NCBI GenBank assembly: GCA_000004985.1
Contig: GG738900.1
DNA length: 64,000 nucleotides
DNA from: Naegleria gruberi
Taxonomy: Eukaryota
Direction: 5' to 3' (one strand)
Part shown: positions 23,984 through 36,000 of the stretch, in pieces
Position numbering within the stretch: the first letter of the stretch is position 1
How the letters are laid out: each line of letters starts with the position of its first letter
Translations under genes and position numbers: made by a program
The notes under the pieces: generated by a model
Database searches by the model: none
Told to the model about the DNA's origin: nothing
The model's input: only the letters and a program-made list of their open reading frames with translations

Positions 23984-25246
23984 TTACAGTTCAATGAGTT
24001 GCTTAGGTTTTTCGACTTCTTGTTTAGGTTTTTTAGCTGATTGAGAATGGTAATGTTGTTTGGAAAGAATTTGTGAAAGAATTCTCTTCTTGTCTTTCAG
24101 TTCACTTTCTGAAGTATCGCAATGAATGGAATTAATTGTTGAATAAAAGTCGTTCTGTGTTGAAACAAAAGTATCAATAATTTTTTCATCTCGCTCCAAT
24201 TCATTACTATTATGTTCAATCATCTTTTCAAGATTCTTTGTCAATCTTTCAACATGTTCACATTCGTCATATTCTTCTCCGTGATTGATTTCTCCAAAGA
24301 AAATTTCATGAATATATGAATTATTTCTCAAATACCTTTGAAGTGCTTCATTATAGACTGTTTCGTCGTGAGTCTCAGAAACTGAAAGAGCTGGAATTTT
24401 AGAAATGGAAAGTGATGCCTTTAACATTGAAAATTCTTCATCCCCTAAATCAAGTTCTTTAGAAGTAACTGTTAAACTTCTAATATCTTCAACGGATCTA
24501 CTGATAGTATCATCTGGATTTGTAAACCAAGATTCCTTGGAGGAATATGGAGTTGTCACAGCTGGTGAGAATAATCCAATAGATGGTGATGCTGGTGTGT
24601 TAAGAGGAAGGAATAAAGATGATGCTGGTGTAGCAAGAGATGGTGATGTTATATTTTGAGTATCCAATGTCCTTGGAGTGGCAGGTGTACTGGCAGCCAT
24701 AGATGAGGATGGACTTGATGGAGTTTCAACCTTCTTCTTTTTGCTACGGGATCTACTAGACTTTTTCTGTTCTTTAGCAATACTCTTCATGAATTTCTTC
24801 AGGTTATCATCATCTTCATCACTAACATCCTCACCATCAGCAACTGTGGGAGAAATTCCTTCTTCTTTACATAATTCGTGATAATTTGATGTTCTTCTAA
24901 GTTCAATTTCCAACTCTTCATCATCTTGAATAACCTTCCCTTTTATCAATCCATTTTCTATCAATTGATTCCAAGTACCAAAATAAAGAGGTTGATGTTT
25001 GGTTAATTCATCATAGATGACCGGACAACATTTCCTAAAGTGATTCTTAAAGTTGGTACCAAAATTACCCACAGCACGATCACACATTGGACATACTCTA
25101 TAGGTTGTCGTTTTTCTCTTTGACTTTTCCGCAGTGTTGATATACCTGATAATACTCTGATCAGAATCCTTGATAATTCTTTCCAAAATTTGTTTAATTT
25201 GTTCTTCCGTCAACGGTGCTTCATTGGTCTTTTTCTTTTTCGACAT
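23984..25246 (-). CDS. hypothetical Ser/Thr-rich protein with N-terminal Cys/His motif (CPMC…H…CC), 420 aa
   Basis: Single ORF with ATG at 25246. RVCPMCDRAVGNFGTNFKNHFRKCC suggests a small zinc-binding module. The rest is low-complexity and acidic. Confidence 0.45.
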   Translation of the reverse strand: MSKKKKTNEAPLTEEQIKQILERIIKDSDQSIIRYINTAEKSKRKTTTYRVCPMCDRAVGNFGTNFKNHFRKCCPVIYDELTKHQPLYFGTWNQLIENGLIKGKVIQDDEELEIELRRTSNYHELCKEEGISPTVADGEDVSDEDDDNLKKFMKSIAKEQKKSSRSRSKKKKVETPSSPSSSMAASTPATPRTLDTQNITSPSLATPASSLFLPLNTPASPSIGLFSPAVTTPYSSKESWFTNPDDTISRSVEDIRSLTVTSKELDLGDEEFSMLKASLSISKIPALSVSETHDETVYNEALQRYLRNNSYIHEIFFGEINHGEEYDECEHVERLTKNLEKMIEHNSNELERDEKIIDTFVSTQNDFYSTINSIHCDTSESELKDKKRILSQILSKQHYHSQSAKKPKQEVEKPKQLIEL

Positions 25247-25494
25247 TTTTTTTTAATTTAATTTCAAATATTTATTGTTTTATATTTTAAATAATACCCT
25301 TTTAAAAACATTATTTGAATACAACAATAATTTTTCAGCTACTTGAAGCTAATAGGGAAACTTACCATTATCATCGTATTCTGCTTTTCAACCTCCACTT
25401 TGAAGTTAAACGTCATGGTGATGAAAAAAGTTGAAACTCTATTAATAAAAATCTAAGTTGAAAAAATTATCATTAAAACTCTCAACAATCCAGG

Positions 25495-26679
25495 ATGGAA
25501 GGAAAACAAGAAGAATTATCGGTATTGGTTATTGCTTCTGATAGTGTTCAGCCAACATCAACAAATTCTACTACCACTTCTTCTTCTTTAAATCATGATC
25601 TCTCCTCTTCCGAGGATCTATCCAAAAAGGAGGAAAATAGAAGAACAAAAAAGTTTTATGATAATCAAACAACATACTTTATGAATGAACAGAGTAGAGC
25701 ATTCACTACAAGAATTGCTCCTGCTGTAGTTTTGGAAAGTAAAAAGAAGGATAAATCGGATAAGAGAGATTTTGCTAGGGAAGCTAAGAAAATGCAATCG
25801 AAACCAATTAATGAAAATTCTAAAAAGATTATTAAAGCTCCTTCATTGAAGGAGGATGACCATGGTTTGGAATTTGTCACAGAGGAAGAATTGTCTAGAG
25901 TTAAACAATTGGCACAAGACAAGTACCAATTAGATTTGGATCAATTGTTTCAATATGAAACTAATCAGGATTCTAATAACGTTGAATTGATGGAAAGATT
26001 GAAATTGAATCACATTGACGATATTTCACTTTTACTTGATATTTTAATACCACCTATTTATGCTACTCAATTGATTGAATTTGGAAGAGATAATTTACCA
26101 CTCATTCTGCAATGGGAATATATTATGGATAAATTATTATTATCAGATGAAGATGAAGCACAATTCATCTTTCCACCTGGAAAGAAAAAACTTAGACATT
26201 TGGAACACAACATTACTGACTATTATAGAATACTATCTAGAGGTGTAGATCCTGAACCACTTAGACGAGTTGCTGTTTTGAGGAAAAAATCAGAAGCAAG
26301 AAGGCCTCTTGTTCTCTTGAGTGAAGTGTTGACCAATTCTGCACGATACCAACAACTTCAACAATTGTTAAAAGACAGAATTGATAAGCTTACACAAGAG
26401 GAAGAACTTAAAAGGATCGAGAAAATCAAACGGATTTTGGGTGACAAGTTTAATGGAGCACCTATCGAGGAGTGTGATAGTAATGGTTTTAAACTCGTAA
26501 TTTCAAAAAAGAGGTATGAAGGTAAACCAAACAGATCTAAGGCAAAAGGTCAACCCGTGCTAACAGGCCAAACTGAAGCTGCCACAACAGAGCCTATTTC
26601 ACCAAAGCCTTCAACAAGTAACTCTGAAGAAAAACCTCAAAATCAAAATCTCAATTCGTATGAAATTCTGAAAGCTTAA
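25495..26679 (+). CDS. hypothetical protein, 394 aa
   Basis: True ATG at 25495. I see no recognisable domain. It is divergently transcribed from 23984-25246 across a 248-bp AT-rich spacer. Confidence 0.45.
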   Translation: MEGKQEELSVLVIASDSVQPTSTNSTTTSSSLNHDLSSSEDLSKKEENRRTKKFYDNQTTYFMNEQSRAFTTRIAPAVVLESKKKDKSDKRDFAREAKKMQSKPINENSKKIIKAPSLKEDDHGLEFVTEEELSRVKQLAQDKYQLDLDQLFQYETNQDSNNVELMERLKLNHIDDISLLLDILIPPIYATQLIEFGRDNLPLILQWEYIMDKLLLSDEDEAQFIFPPGKKKLRHLEHNITDYYRILSRGVDPEPLRRVAVLRKKSEARRPLVLLSEVLTNSARYQQLQQLLKDRIDKLTQEEELKRIEKIKRILGDKFNGAPIEECDSNGFKLVISKKRYEGKPNRSKAKGQPVLTGQTEAATTEPISPKPSTSNSEEKPQNQNLNSYEILKA

Positions 26680-26693
26680 GAACATTAAATAAT

Positions 26694-28445
26694 TTATTGA
26701 TTTGCAGCAAACAGTGATTTGAGAATTTGAAGAACTTGTGAAATAGTTGGTCTCTCCAGAGGATCTTGTTTCCAACACCAAGAAATTAGATTGACTATTT
26801 CATTTTGCTCTTTAACAAGTATCATATTTGGAGAAAGTTCTGGTCTTTCACCTTTTGAAACTCTGTCCAATATTACTTGTGGATTGTTGCCCTTCCAAGG
26901 ATTGATATGTGTAAATATTTCATACAAAACAATACCAAATGCAAATATATCCACTGCTGAGCTAAGTGGATATTTCCCCTTAGCAAGTAGAATTTGCTCA
27001 GGTGATTTGTATTGTACCATTACAGCATGCTCTGCTGCACTAACGTTAGGGTTATAATATTTGATCAGTGAGTGTGGAATTATCAGCATACCACACTCTC
27101 CACATGTTGGAGCAGAAGCAGTAGTGTTGCAAACATAACATGTGCTAGAATCAACCAAGAATTTACAATCATAGTCATCCGAAAGCATAATGTTAGCTGA
27201 GCTAACATTAACACAAATCATCTTCTTGTCGACATGTAAGAAATGCAATGCATTAGCTGCACTAATGGCAACCCTATAAATATTATTCCTTTGCTTTAGA
27301 TTCTCTTTGGTATGGTTAATAGTTTCTGAACTCTTCTTTTTCGGTGGTGGTTTAAAAAGTACATCATAAAGAAATCCATTTTTACAATGCTCCATCAAGA
27401 TTTTAAATTGAAATTTTTCCTGTCGCAAACCATATCCAATATGGTCCACAATTGATGGATGTTTTAGTGTACATAAGAGAAGAGCCTCTCTCTTCCATGA
27501 TTCTAATTGTTCTGGTTTTGAGAAAATAACTGTTCTCACTGCATACTGTTGATTATTAAACAGGCATTGTCTCATTACATAATTATGTCTTCTATCAATG
27601 ACTTTATCTTCTGTCACAACTAAATCATAATCTGGTAAAAAATACATTCTTTCTAACATTGATAAGGCTTCTCTATTGTCTCCAACAATCATAGAAAGAG
27701 CATCAGTTTTTTGTGACTCAAATGTCTTCTTTTCTGCATCAAACACGATTTTCCTCAAACGTTTTACAAGCTCTGGAAATGAAAAAATGTTATCAGAGAG
27801 AACTTTCTGTAATTCCAATTTGATAAAGTTTTGATGTAAATTATCTTCAAACATTTTTGCACCGGCAGCACTTTGGACTGATTGATTTGTCACATTATTT
27901 TCAGATATTCCTCTTCCATACGAAGAAAGTAATTGAACAATAAATCCTTTAGTTGGGTATTCAAGTGGTACTGTCAATCCAAATTTGTAGTGGGTATAGT
28001 TTGGAGAATTTTCAGAAGGAAGATGGATTGATTGTTCACAAGGAGTGTCATCGTCATCATTTTCTGAAGATAGTTTTGAAAATCTGCCATCTTTCATTGC
28101 ACTAACTTGAAGTTTTTGCACTGGTGTGATGATTTGAGTGGAGAGACGAATTTCAATGTAGAGGAAGTTATTAATGTCTGGTAAATTAATGTCTGCAGAA
28201 ATGTAGAGAAAGTAGTTCGTTGTTCCGGTTGATAAGGAAGAAATAGAACAATCGTCACCTTTTCCATTAATTTCCTCCTCAGCAACGTAATGTTTTTCAA
28301 TGGGTAAAGATAATTCTTTTTGTATTAAATCCTGAATTTGAATTTTGGAGAGAAGTGTTGGTTTTGGTGATGATGATTGTGGGCTATCAGCTGCAGCTGC
28401 CACAGCAGCAACTTGTTGCTTTTCTATTTGCTTCTTTCTGAACAT
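26694..28445 (-). CDS. protein kinase-like (TKL-type) protein, probable pseudokinase, 583 aa
   Basis: The C-terminal ~280 aa have a kinase fold (…LKHPSIVDHIGY…LHFLHVDKKMICVNVSSANIML…YKSPEQIL…DIFAFGIVLYEIFT…RPT). Catalytic motifs are degenerate. The VAIK lysine is replaced (YAVRTV), HRD reads HVD and DFG reads KFLVDS. The N-terminal 300 aa are unassigned. Confidence 0.6.
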   Translation of the reverse strand: MFRKKQIEKQQVAAVAAAADSPQSSSPKPTLLSKIQIQDLIQKELSLPIEKHYVAEEEINGKGDDCSISSLSTGTTNYFLYISADINLPDINNFLYIEIRLSTQIITPVQKLQVSAMKDGRFSKLSSENDDDDTPCEQSIHLPSENSPNYTHYKFGLTVPLEYPTKGFIVQLLSSYGRGISENNVTNQSVQSAAGAKMFEDNLHQNFIKLELQKVLSDNIFSFPELVKRLRKIVFDAEKKTFESQKTDALSMIVGDNREALSMLERMYFLPDYDLVVTEDKVIDRRHNYVMRQCLFNNQQYAVRTVIFSKPEQLESWKREALLLCTLKHPSIVDHIGYGLRQEKFQFKILMEHCKNGFLYDVLFKPPPKKKSSETINHTKENLKQRNNIYRVAISAANALHFLHVDKKMICVNVSSANIMLSDDYDCKFLVDSSTCYVCNTTASAPTCGECGMLIIPHSLIKYYNPNVSAAEHAVMVQYKSPEQILLAKGKYPLSSAVDIFAFGIVLYEIFTHINPWKGNNPQVILDRVSKGERPELSPNMILVKEQNEIVNLISWCWKQDPLERPTISQVLQILKSLFAANQ

Positions 28446-28728
28446 TTTAAACCGATCCGAAGTGCCACTGTTATTTGAAGTCTATTTCAAGTTGTCTTTT
28501 TCGAGTCAAATTGGTCGACAGCAGTAAAGAATAACGTGTCGATCTATTTTTTCTAGCCTGCTAATGAGTACAAACGTACGACAGGTTGGTCAAAAGAAGA
28601 ACGCATTTCGATAAAGAACTAGGAAATTCCAAAGAACAGAGGGCTGATAATATCGTGTATGAATCTATTGTTGTTATAATATTCTAGAAATTTCATATTT
28701 ACAATTGTTTTTTAAATTTAATTTTTTA

Positions 28729-29304
28729 TTAGATCATTGACTTGGTGAAGAGTGATACAAATTGTTCAAAATTCAATGCTCCCTTATTTGCTGTATCAAC
28801 AATTGAGAATAAATAATCAATCTCTGCATCGCTCATCGAAACATTACCTGGTGCAGACTCGGAAATATTTCCCAATCCTTGAAGTTTATAAATCATTGAT
28901 CTAAATTCTTGTTTTGTAATTTCTCCATCTTTGTTTTCATCAAACAAATTAAAGGCTTCCTTCAAGTCATTCTCGGTATGCATTCCGGCAACCTTTTTAG
29001 ACTTTTTACTTGTAAGGAATGATAAAAGTTTGTTGCCCTTACTCTCATCTTCACTTTCTCCAATTAATTCTACAAATTGATCAAAGGTTATTCCGTTTTT
29101 ATCAGAGGATGAATTAAGGTCATTGATGAGATCAGATATTTCCTTTCCGTTTGTTTCTGTTGTTCTTCCCAACTTGGTAAAAACTAACATTAAATCGTGC
29201 TCATCCAATAAACCATCCATATCACTGTCGAACATATCAAAGATATTTCGATATGTTTCTCTATGATAGTTTTCTTTCTTGAGCATGGAAGGATTGATAG
29301 GCAT
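28729..29304 (-). CDS. EF-hand calcium-binding protein (calmodulin-like, 3-4 EF hands), 191 aa
   Basis: EF loops DSDMDGLLDEHDL, DKNGITFDQF, DENKDGEITKQEF and DTANKGALNFEQF. ATG at 29304. Confidence 0.75.
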   Translation of the reverse strand: MPINPSMLKKENYHRETYRNIFDMFDSDMDGLLDEHDLMLVFTKLGRTTETNGKEISDLINDLNSSSDKNGITFDQFVELIGESEDESKGNKLLSFLTSKKSKKVAGMHTENDLKEAFNLFDENKDGEITKQEFRSMIYKLQGLGNISESAPGNVSMSDAEIDYLFSIVDTANKGALNFEQFVSLFTKSMI

Positions 29305-29681
29305 TTTGATAATTTACAAACTCTTGTAGACGTACAGGGAAAGAGTGGTAGGTTTGTTTTTTCTTTGAAAGTGTCCCCAAAAAACTTGCCCAAGAGACAG
29401 TGTTGTGTTGGCTGTTCTCTATCATCAATCGTTGAATCGTAATAATATAATCTCCCTGAGTTAAGAGGCAACTTGTGTGTCTCTCTCGTATTTAGCACAA
29501 AACGAGTCGTATCCTTCTCTTAAAAGATAATTCAAGCTTCTTAATTGAGGTCCATCGATGCAAACAAGGAACAGTACCCCGAAGAACTGACTTACAAAAT
29601 TCTCTTGCTGGTGGTGTGTGAGGTTTTGTATAAAGCAAATACCAAAGAGAGAATTTGCTACTGTGGATCAATAATGATGAA

Positions 29682-31245
29682 TCAAAGATCATCGTCATCA
29701 TCATCATCTTCATCATCTGTTATGAGAGTTTTATCATAGCCAAACATTCGTTTAAGCTCTTCATAAAGAACAAAATGAATGGCATGACCTGGAAACACCC
29801 TTAGGGCATTCAATCGCCATCCTCTGAATAGGGCAGCTGATGAGGTTTATATTAATGTTGGTAATTTTAAAAAACTTACCCATTCCTTCCTCTTGAATGA
29901 TTCTCTTGAAAGCATGCATAGTATTCTTGTACATTGGTTGTCCTTTCTGAGTAAAGAGTGGTTCTAAGGCACTTGTTGACGCACTTCCTTCCGTCTTGAT
30001 AGAGGTACTGCCATATCTTGTTATTCCACTTGAAAATTCGTCAGCCTCCAATTTGATAAGATTGGGTTTTGGTAAACTTCTGTCATGAATATCAGAATGA
30101 GATATAACAGCAGAGTCAATAACTGAAGGCATTGTACCCATCAATTGTCTTCGTCTCCTTACTGTGTCAGCAGGATAAGACAATGTCTTCCCTAGAAAAG
30201 AGCTAATAGTTCCGTAACTGAGCTTGAGACTGTGGTCCAATAAACTTCCTTTTTCAATTTGCCCTCCATTGAGCTCCTCAATCCTACTGTGGGTGTTTTT
30301 TTTCAATAACTCATAAGTCGTTATTGAGCACGTCACATAGGGGACAATACCTGTAAAAGTCAATCCTCCAATTTTAAAATAAAAACATACCAACCATTGA
30401 GGCTCCCATTCCTTTCCATAAAGCAAACATCCCTTCATGTTTCAACAATTCTCTCACGCACCGATAGGCACTTCCAAAGTACGGAAAGTAGGATGATTTT
30501 ACGTGGTACTTGCTGTAATACTTGATAACAGTCAATCTGGTACGAACAAGATCGAGTGGATAGGCAAATACTGTCAAATTGATACCACTCATTAAGGCTG
30601 ATGTGAACACTATTAAAAAATCCTTTTCATATTCTGGAAGCTTTGACAAAACTTGTGAGCTTGTGAAAATGTGAGTACTGAGATGTCTGTAAATGTCAAA
30701 AAACGCAAACTTCATAAAACTTGATAGAGGTCTGATTAAGAATGACTAAGCAATCCAAAACAAACCTTGTTGGTATTACTCTAGTTATATTCAATCCATT
30801 TCCTCTGAAAAGACTTGTCCAACCCTCATTTTCTGCCACATGTTTCATATATCCAACAATTCCCTTGGTCCTCACCAATTTTGCAACATCCATAGAAACT
30901 GTCGAGCTACCAATGAGTGCATAGGTAATGATTTCCGATGCAGCAGCTTGATTTCTGATTTGCCTCCTCAAATGTCTACATGTTTGTAGTTCAATTTTTA
31001 ATCTTTCTATCGGGGCATAGAGTGTTTTTGTGATAGAAGAAGCAATGCCTCCAAACATTACAATCCTCAATTTTTCCAAATGTTTATCATCCAACATATT
31101 CAAAGCTCCATAGAGACCATCCAAAGATTTCTCCTTGTTGTTCTTATTTTCCAAAAAACGTTGACCATCTCTTACTTTAAACTATTTAACATGTTAATTT
31201 TCACAAATTGTTGATTAAACTCCTTACCCACTCTTTAAAAACCAT
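29682..31245 (-). CDS. mitochondrial carrier family (SLC25) protein; about 5 exons with an 18-nt first coding exon (31228-31245) and last exon 29682-~29836
   Basis: Carrier signatures TLYAPIERLKIELQ, INLTVFAYPLDLVRTRL and LSYPADTVRRRRQ. The last exon is reached via G|GTAAGT…CATCAG|CT and reads AALFRGWRLNALRVFPGHAIHFVLYEELKRMF…DDEDDDDDDDL*. The track ORF began at a TTG. The true ATG exon (ATGGTTTTTAAAGAGTGG|GTAAGG) splices via a 46-nt intron to TAG|TTTAAAG…. Internal intron positions are approximate; one near 30760 is ambiguous between a 34-nt and a longer intron. Confidence 0.7.
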
Positions 31246-31563
31246 TAAAATAAATTTTTGATTCGGAACTATTAAACAAGCAGAAGGTAAGTGATGTTGT
31301 CAAAATATTTTTTTAATTATTTGAACAACATCCATTTCTCCTAAATTGTTTTCTGGTAAGCCTCTTATTGCAACCGTGAGTAGTATTCTAAAGTTTCTAA
31401 TTTCTGGAAAACAATTGGAATTGAGTGCATCATTTAATTACTTCAGGGTACTTGGGAAACATTCATGATTACAATGTTTGATGACTTACTTAGCTCTTTT
31501 TGTTGTGAAATTTGATGTTGATAAGTAACAATAAAATCATTCGTTATTTAGCTTTAATAAAAA

Positions 31564-32815
31564 ATGTTTAATTCTACTGGTGATGACTCGACAGTGAATA
31601 TAATCGACGATGATAGAATAGACAAACATCCGGACACTATAAAGACAGGTATTCTTGTAAAGGTTTGTATTTTAGTTTAGTCTTTAATTCAACAATTATA
31701 ATTAAAAAAGAGAGGACAAAAGTATAAGACTTTCAAAAAACGTTACTTTGTATTGGTATCAGGTATGTACTAAGAAAAAAACAGCAGGAACCTAACTAAA
31801 CAATAACAATTCGAAAGATGGTTATTTATTCTACTTTAAAGATAAAAATGATTTGGACCATCCCCTAGGAATTATCTACTTGAAATCGAATGCTTTTCTC
31901 AACAAGTCTGCAGAAATATCGGAAAGTGTCGGATATGGATTCACATTGAGATCTGGAGCTAAACGTTTCTTACTTGCTGCAGATTCTCCCGAAGAGAAAA
32001 CAGCATGGTTAAGAGCTATTGATAAAGTAATGACATTGAGTGCTTCCAAAGAAAAGCTAGCCCAACAGGCAACAGCAAGAAAGAGAAGTGTAGCTGTGAA
32101 TGGTAACTCACCAACAAACCAACCAGAAAATATGTTTAAATTGGATTCATCAGAAAATAGTGGTCCAAAGAATATGGAAAATTCAACTGTAAATTCTTTT
32201 GAAAAGGAGAAAATTGATAGACTTCAAAAACAAAAGGATGAATCTCTAATGATATTACAACAGATTGACTCTAATTTTGTAAAATTACTATCCTCAATTT
32301 CAAATCTTAAACGAGAACTCGAATCTTCCACTCTTGAAACAGTCGAACCAAATCAAGAAACTAAGGAAGTAACTTCAACACCATCATCACGAAAGAAAAA
32401 AGCAACTTCTAGTGACGATGATTTCTCAGATTCTGGATTTGATACTAGTGATTCAGAAAGCGAGAACGTTAAGCCAACCTTTGATCCAACAGCCATACTT
32501 GCTCCTTCGACAGTAGCTGATTTGATGAACCCAGTCGAAAGATTGAAAGGATTAAAGTCAACAATGGAAAAGATGTATATAGAATTGGAAAATATCACTG
32601 GAAAAGTGAAGAATGTACAACAGGATCAGGAGGATCTCATCAAACAAACCGAAACACAAATTCAAGAGTTTGAACAAGAAAATGAAGACCTCAGAAAGAG
32701 AATTCAAGAATTAGAAACAGAAAATGAGGAATTAGGTCATCACAAGAAGCTTTTAATTAAGGAAGTTAAAAAGCTTCGAACTGAAACCTCACAGCCCCAG
32801 ACACAACAACAATAA
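31564..32815 (+). CDS. PH-domain protein with C-terminal coiled coil; 3 exons (31564-31662, 31711-31762, 31817-32815)
   Basis: The PH domain is split over three exons: …TGILVK|RGQKYKTFKKRYFVLVS|DGYLFYFKDKNDLDHPLGIIYL…GFTLRSGAKRFLLAADSPEEKTAWLRAI. Introns are 48 and 54 nt with GTTTGT/GTATGT donors. The C-terminus is E/K/Q-rich coiled coil. Confidence 0.7.
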
Positions 32816-33068
32816 ATAACACGTTTGAGAACTAATTTGGGGTTGTGAGGTTTCAGAATATTTGTTACTATAGAATTCAATTTTGGTGGACGTTAAATGC
32901 TTCGTCATTTCTTATTACAGTTGAGGACAAACAAGCTTCACACAGAGCGTTAAATGCCACCAAAATTCTACAGTTACATCTTTAAAAAAAATACTCATTC
33001 TTTTCCTTACAAACCTTATTGATATTGATCGATCGTTATTTGCGAAAAACACTAGAGAATAAACGACG

Positions 33069-36000
33069 ATGTACGATGTTAATAAGGACGATAACAACAA
33101 ACGAAAGGCCTCTCCAACAAGAGATGCTCTCATGCAACAAAGGTTGGAACACTATAAAAAGTATAAAAACCTTTCGTCGGATGTAGATAGGGCTGATGAT
33201 CAAGGTAGTTTTATTGACGATGAAAACTTTCTTCCTGTAACACCCTCCCCTAAGAAGAGAATTGATACAGTAAAAGGAAGAGAAACACCAAGAGAGACTA
33301 CAAAGGAAACCCCAAAGCCTAGTATAACTCCAACTCCTTCCTCATCAAAGAAAGCTCACCCAAATATTCCAGTGCGGGAAAGTTTTCCTTCTCCATCCAT
33401 GAAGTCTTTGAAACAGACCTATGATAATAGTAAGCTTAAACAAGATGAAGAGATGCAGTCTCTACTAGATAAATTAAGGGAAGAAGGTGAACAAAGACAT
33501 CTTCAGCTAATCACTCTTAAGGAAAATGAAAAGGCCGAGTTTGAACAAAGAATTATGAAGAAGGCTGAAGATATTATCACCAAACATAAGGAACAATCCC
33601 AAAGAGCCCAAGAAGAAGTGTACAGAAAGGCCGAAGAGCTTATGAAGAAATATAAAGAAATGGCATCTTTCGCTGGAAAAGAAGTTGAAAAACTAAAGGA
33701 AGAAATGGCAAATCAAAAACTTCTCTATGAAAGAGATTTTCTTGAAAAGCAAGAAGCTGCTAGAAAAGTGGCCGAAGAAGAATATCAACTTAAGGTTCGA
33801 CAATATCAACTCCAAATAGAAGATCTTCAAAAAAAGAACTATTTGCAAAGAGTTGAAATGAGTAAGAATATTGACGAAAGAGCAGAACTTCTCCGAAAAA
33901 GAGCTGAAGATGCTGAAGCTAAGTTGTTAGAAGAAATGGCCAGATTTCAAGAAAAGGAAGTTGAGTTCAGAAGTGAAATTGACTCCCTTAACAAATCATT
34001 ACCATTATTAGCACAACAAAAAGCCGATGATTTAATGAGAGACTACAATCTCAATATTAAGAAGAAAGATTTTGTTCTTAGACAAGAGCAAGATAATCTT
34101 TTGAAGGAAAGAGAGAAAGAACTCAAAAACGAATACGAACAATTAAAGAAAGAATTGGAAGAAGCCAAACTTGAAAATGAAGAGAAAAAGAATCTAGAGT
34201 TCAAGAGGCTTCGTGACAAGATGGACAATGAAAAGAAGGTTTTCGAAGAAACTGTTAACGCTAGGTTTGAAAAGATGAAGAGTCAATTAGAGGCAGAAGT
34301 TGAATCGAAGAAGGATGAACTTCGACTCAAGGAAATGATGTTGAGAGATGAACTCGATAAGGCTAGATTAGATCTTTCTCACAAGGTCATTAGTGAAAAG
34401 AAGGACTTTGAAAATGATATTTTCATGAAGACTAAATCCATGATTATGGAATTTGAAAAGCAACTCGAAAAGAAAGGTGAAGTGCAGTCTGATGACCAAA
34501 AGAAACAACTTGCCAACATTTCTCGTGATGCTCTTGACAAATTAAGAGTTGAAAAAGAGGAAAGAACTCTTTTTGAAAAACAAGCAATGGAAAAGGCAAT
34601 GAATGTTATCAAGGAATTCGAAGAAAAGATGAAGAAAGAATCCGATAGAATCACTCAAGAAAAGCTTAGAGATGTTGAAGAACAAGCCAGAAGAGACAGA
34701 GAAAGAACCGAGGAAGAAGCTAAAAAGAGAAGAGAGTTCGAAGAAGATATCAAATCAAAGTATGAGATATTTAAGGAAGAATACAAACGAAACTTGGATA
34801 GAGAGCTCTTGGAAAAGAAGAGAGAAATTGATTTAGAATTTGCCAAAAAAGAAGAAGAGTTTGAAAAAGAAATGCATGAGCAAAGAAATAACATTAAACT
34901 CCAAGAAAAAGATCTTCTGAGAAAGGTAGAAGGAATCAAACACGAAAAATTACAAGAATCAATTAATCATATTGAACAACTTAGAGGTGATTTGTACAGT
35001 CAGTGGGAAAGAATTTCCAAGGAGGAAGGTAAACGTGTTCTTGAAGAAAAGGATAAAAATCAAAGGGAAATTGAAGATATGAGACGAAGATATGAAGAAA
35101 AATTAAACCTCATTAGAATGACTACTAATAGAGAAATTGATGAAGTAAGAAAGTCTCACCAAGAACTTGAAACAAAGCTGAAGTTCGACTATGAGGAAAG
35201 AGTTCAAAAATTGAATGACGAAAAGAGATTCCTTGAAAAGGAAATGCAAACCAAGATAATAGATAAGAGAAAGGAACTTGAAGAACAATTCGAAAGAAAA
35301 CTTGAAGAAGCAAAGAAAACTTTGGAGTCCTCATTAGAACGTAGGGATAGTGATGTAAAACTCAAGAAGGAAGAAATTGAATACGAAAAACTTTCCTTTG
35401 AAAGAAAGATTAGAGAGGATTACGATACTAGAATTAGAGAAATATCTACCCAATTTGAGAAGAGACAAAAAGAATATCAAGAAAATGAAATTGAGTTGAG
35501 AAGAAAACTCGAACAAGAAAAGATTGAACTTCAAAAGTTAATGGAAGATGAAAAGATGAAATACCAAGAAAGAGTTAGAATCGAAAATGAAAAGATTTTA
35601 AGAGAAAAAGAAAAATTGTTCAAAGAAGAAAAGGAAAAGATAATTGCCCAAACCGAGGAACGTGTTCAAAGTATCAGAAAGGAAACACAAGACAGCCTTT
35701 TCAATAACGACTCAAAGAGGGGTGAATATGAAAATAGTATACGAGACAATTATAGTAAGATGTTCAGAGAAAAGGAACAATATTATCTTACACAAGTTGA
35801 ATCATTAAAACAAACTCTCAAGACACAGAGAGAGGAATATGAGAACAAACTCAATGAAACAGAATTGTCACTAAGAAAGGAAAGAGATGAGGTTGATAGA
35901 CAAATGACTGAAAAGTACAATAGACTTGTTGAACAAATGAATGGCGACTCTAAGAGAGAAACCCATAAGAGAATGCAACAAGAAATTGAATTTGAAAGTG

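Noticed and set aside
28729-31245. EF-hand gene immediately downstream of the mitochondrial carrier gene on the same strand; a possible split calcium-binding mitochondrial carrier (SCaMC/Aralar-type).
   Set aside because: In SCaMC and Aralar carriers the EF-hands are N-terminal to the carrier domain. Here the carrier has its own stop (29682-29684) after the canonical C-terminal acidic tail. The EF-hand ORF would be C-terminal and is separated by ~375 bp containing stops in all frames.
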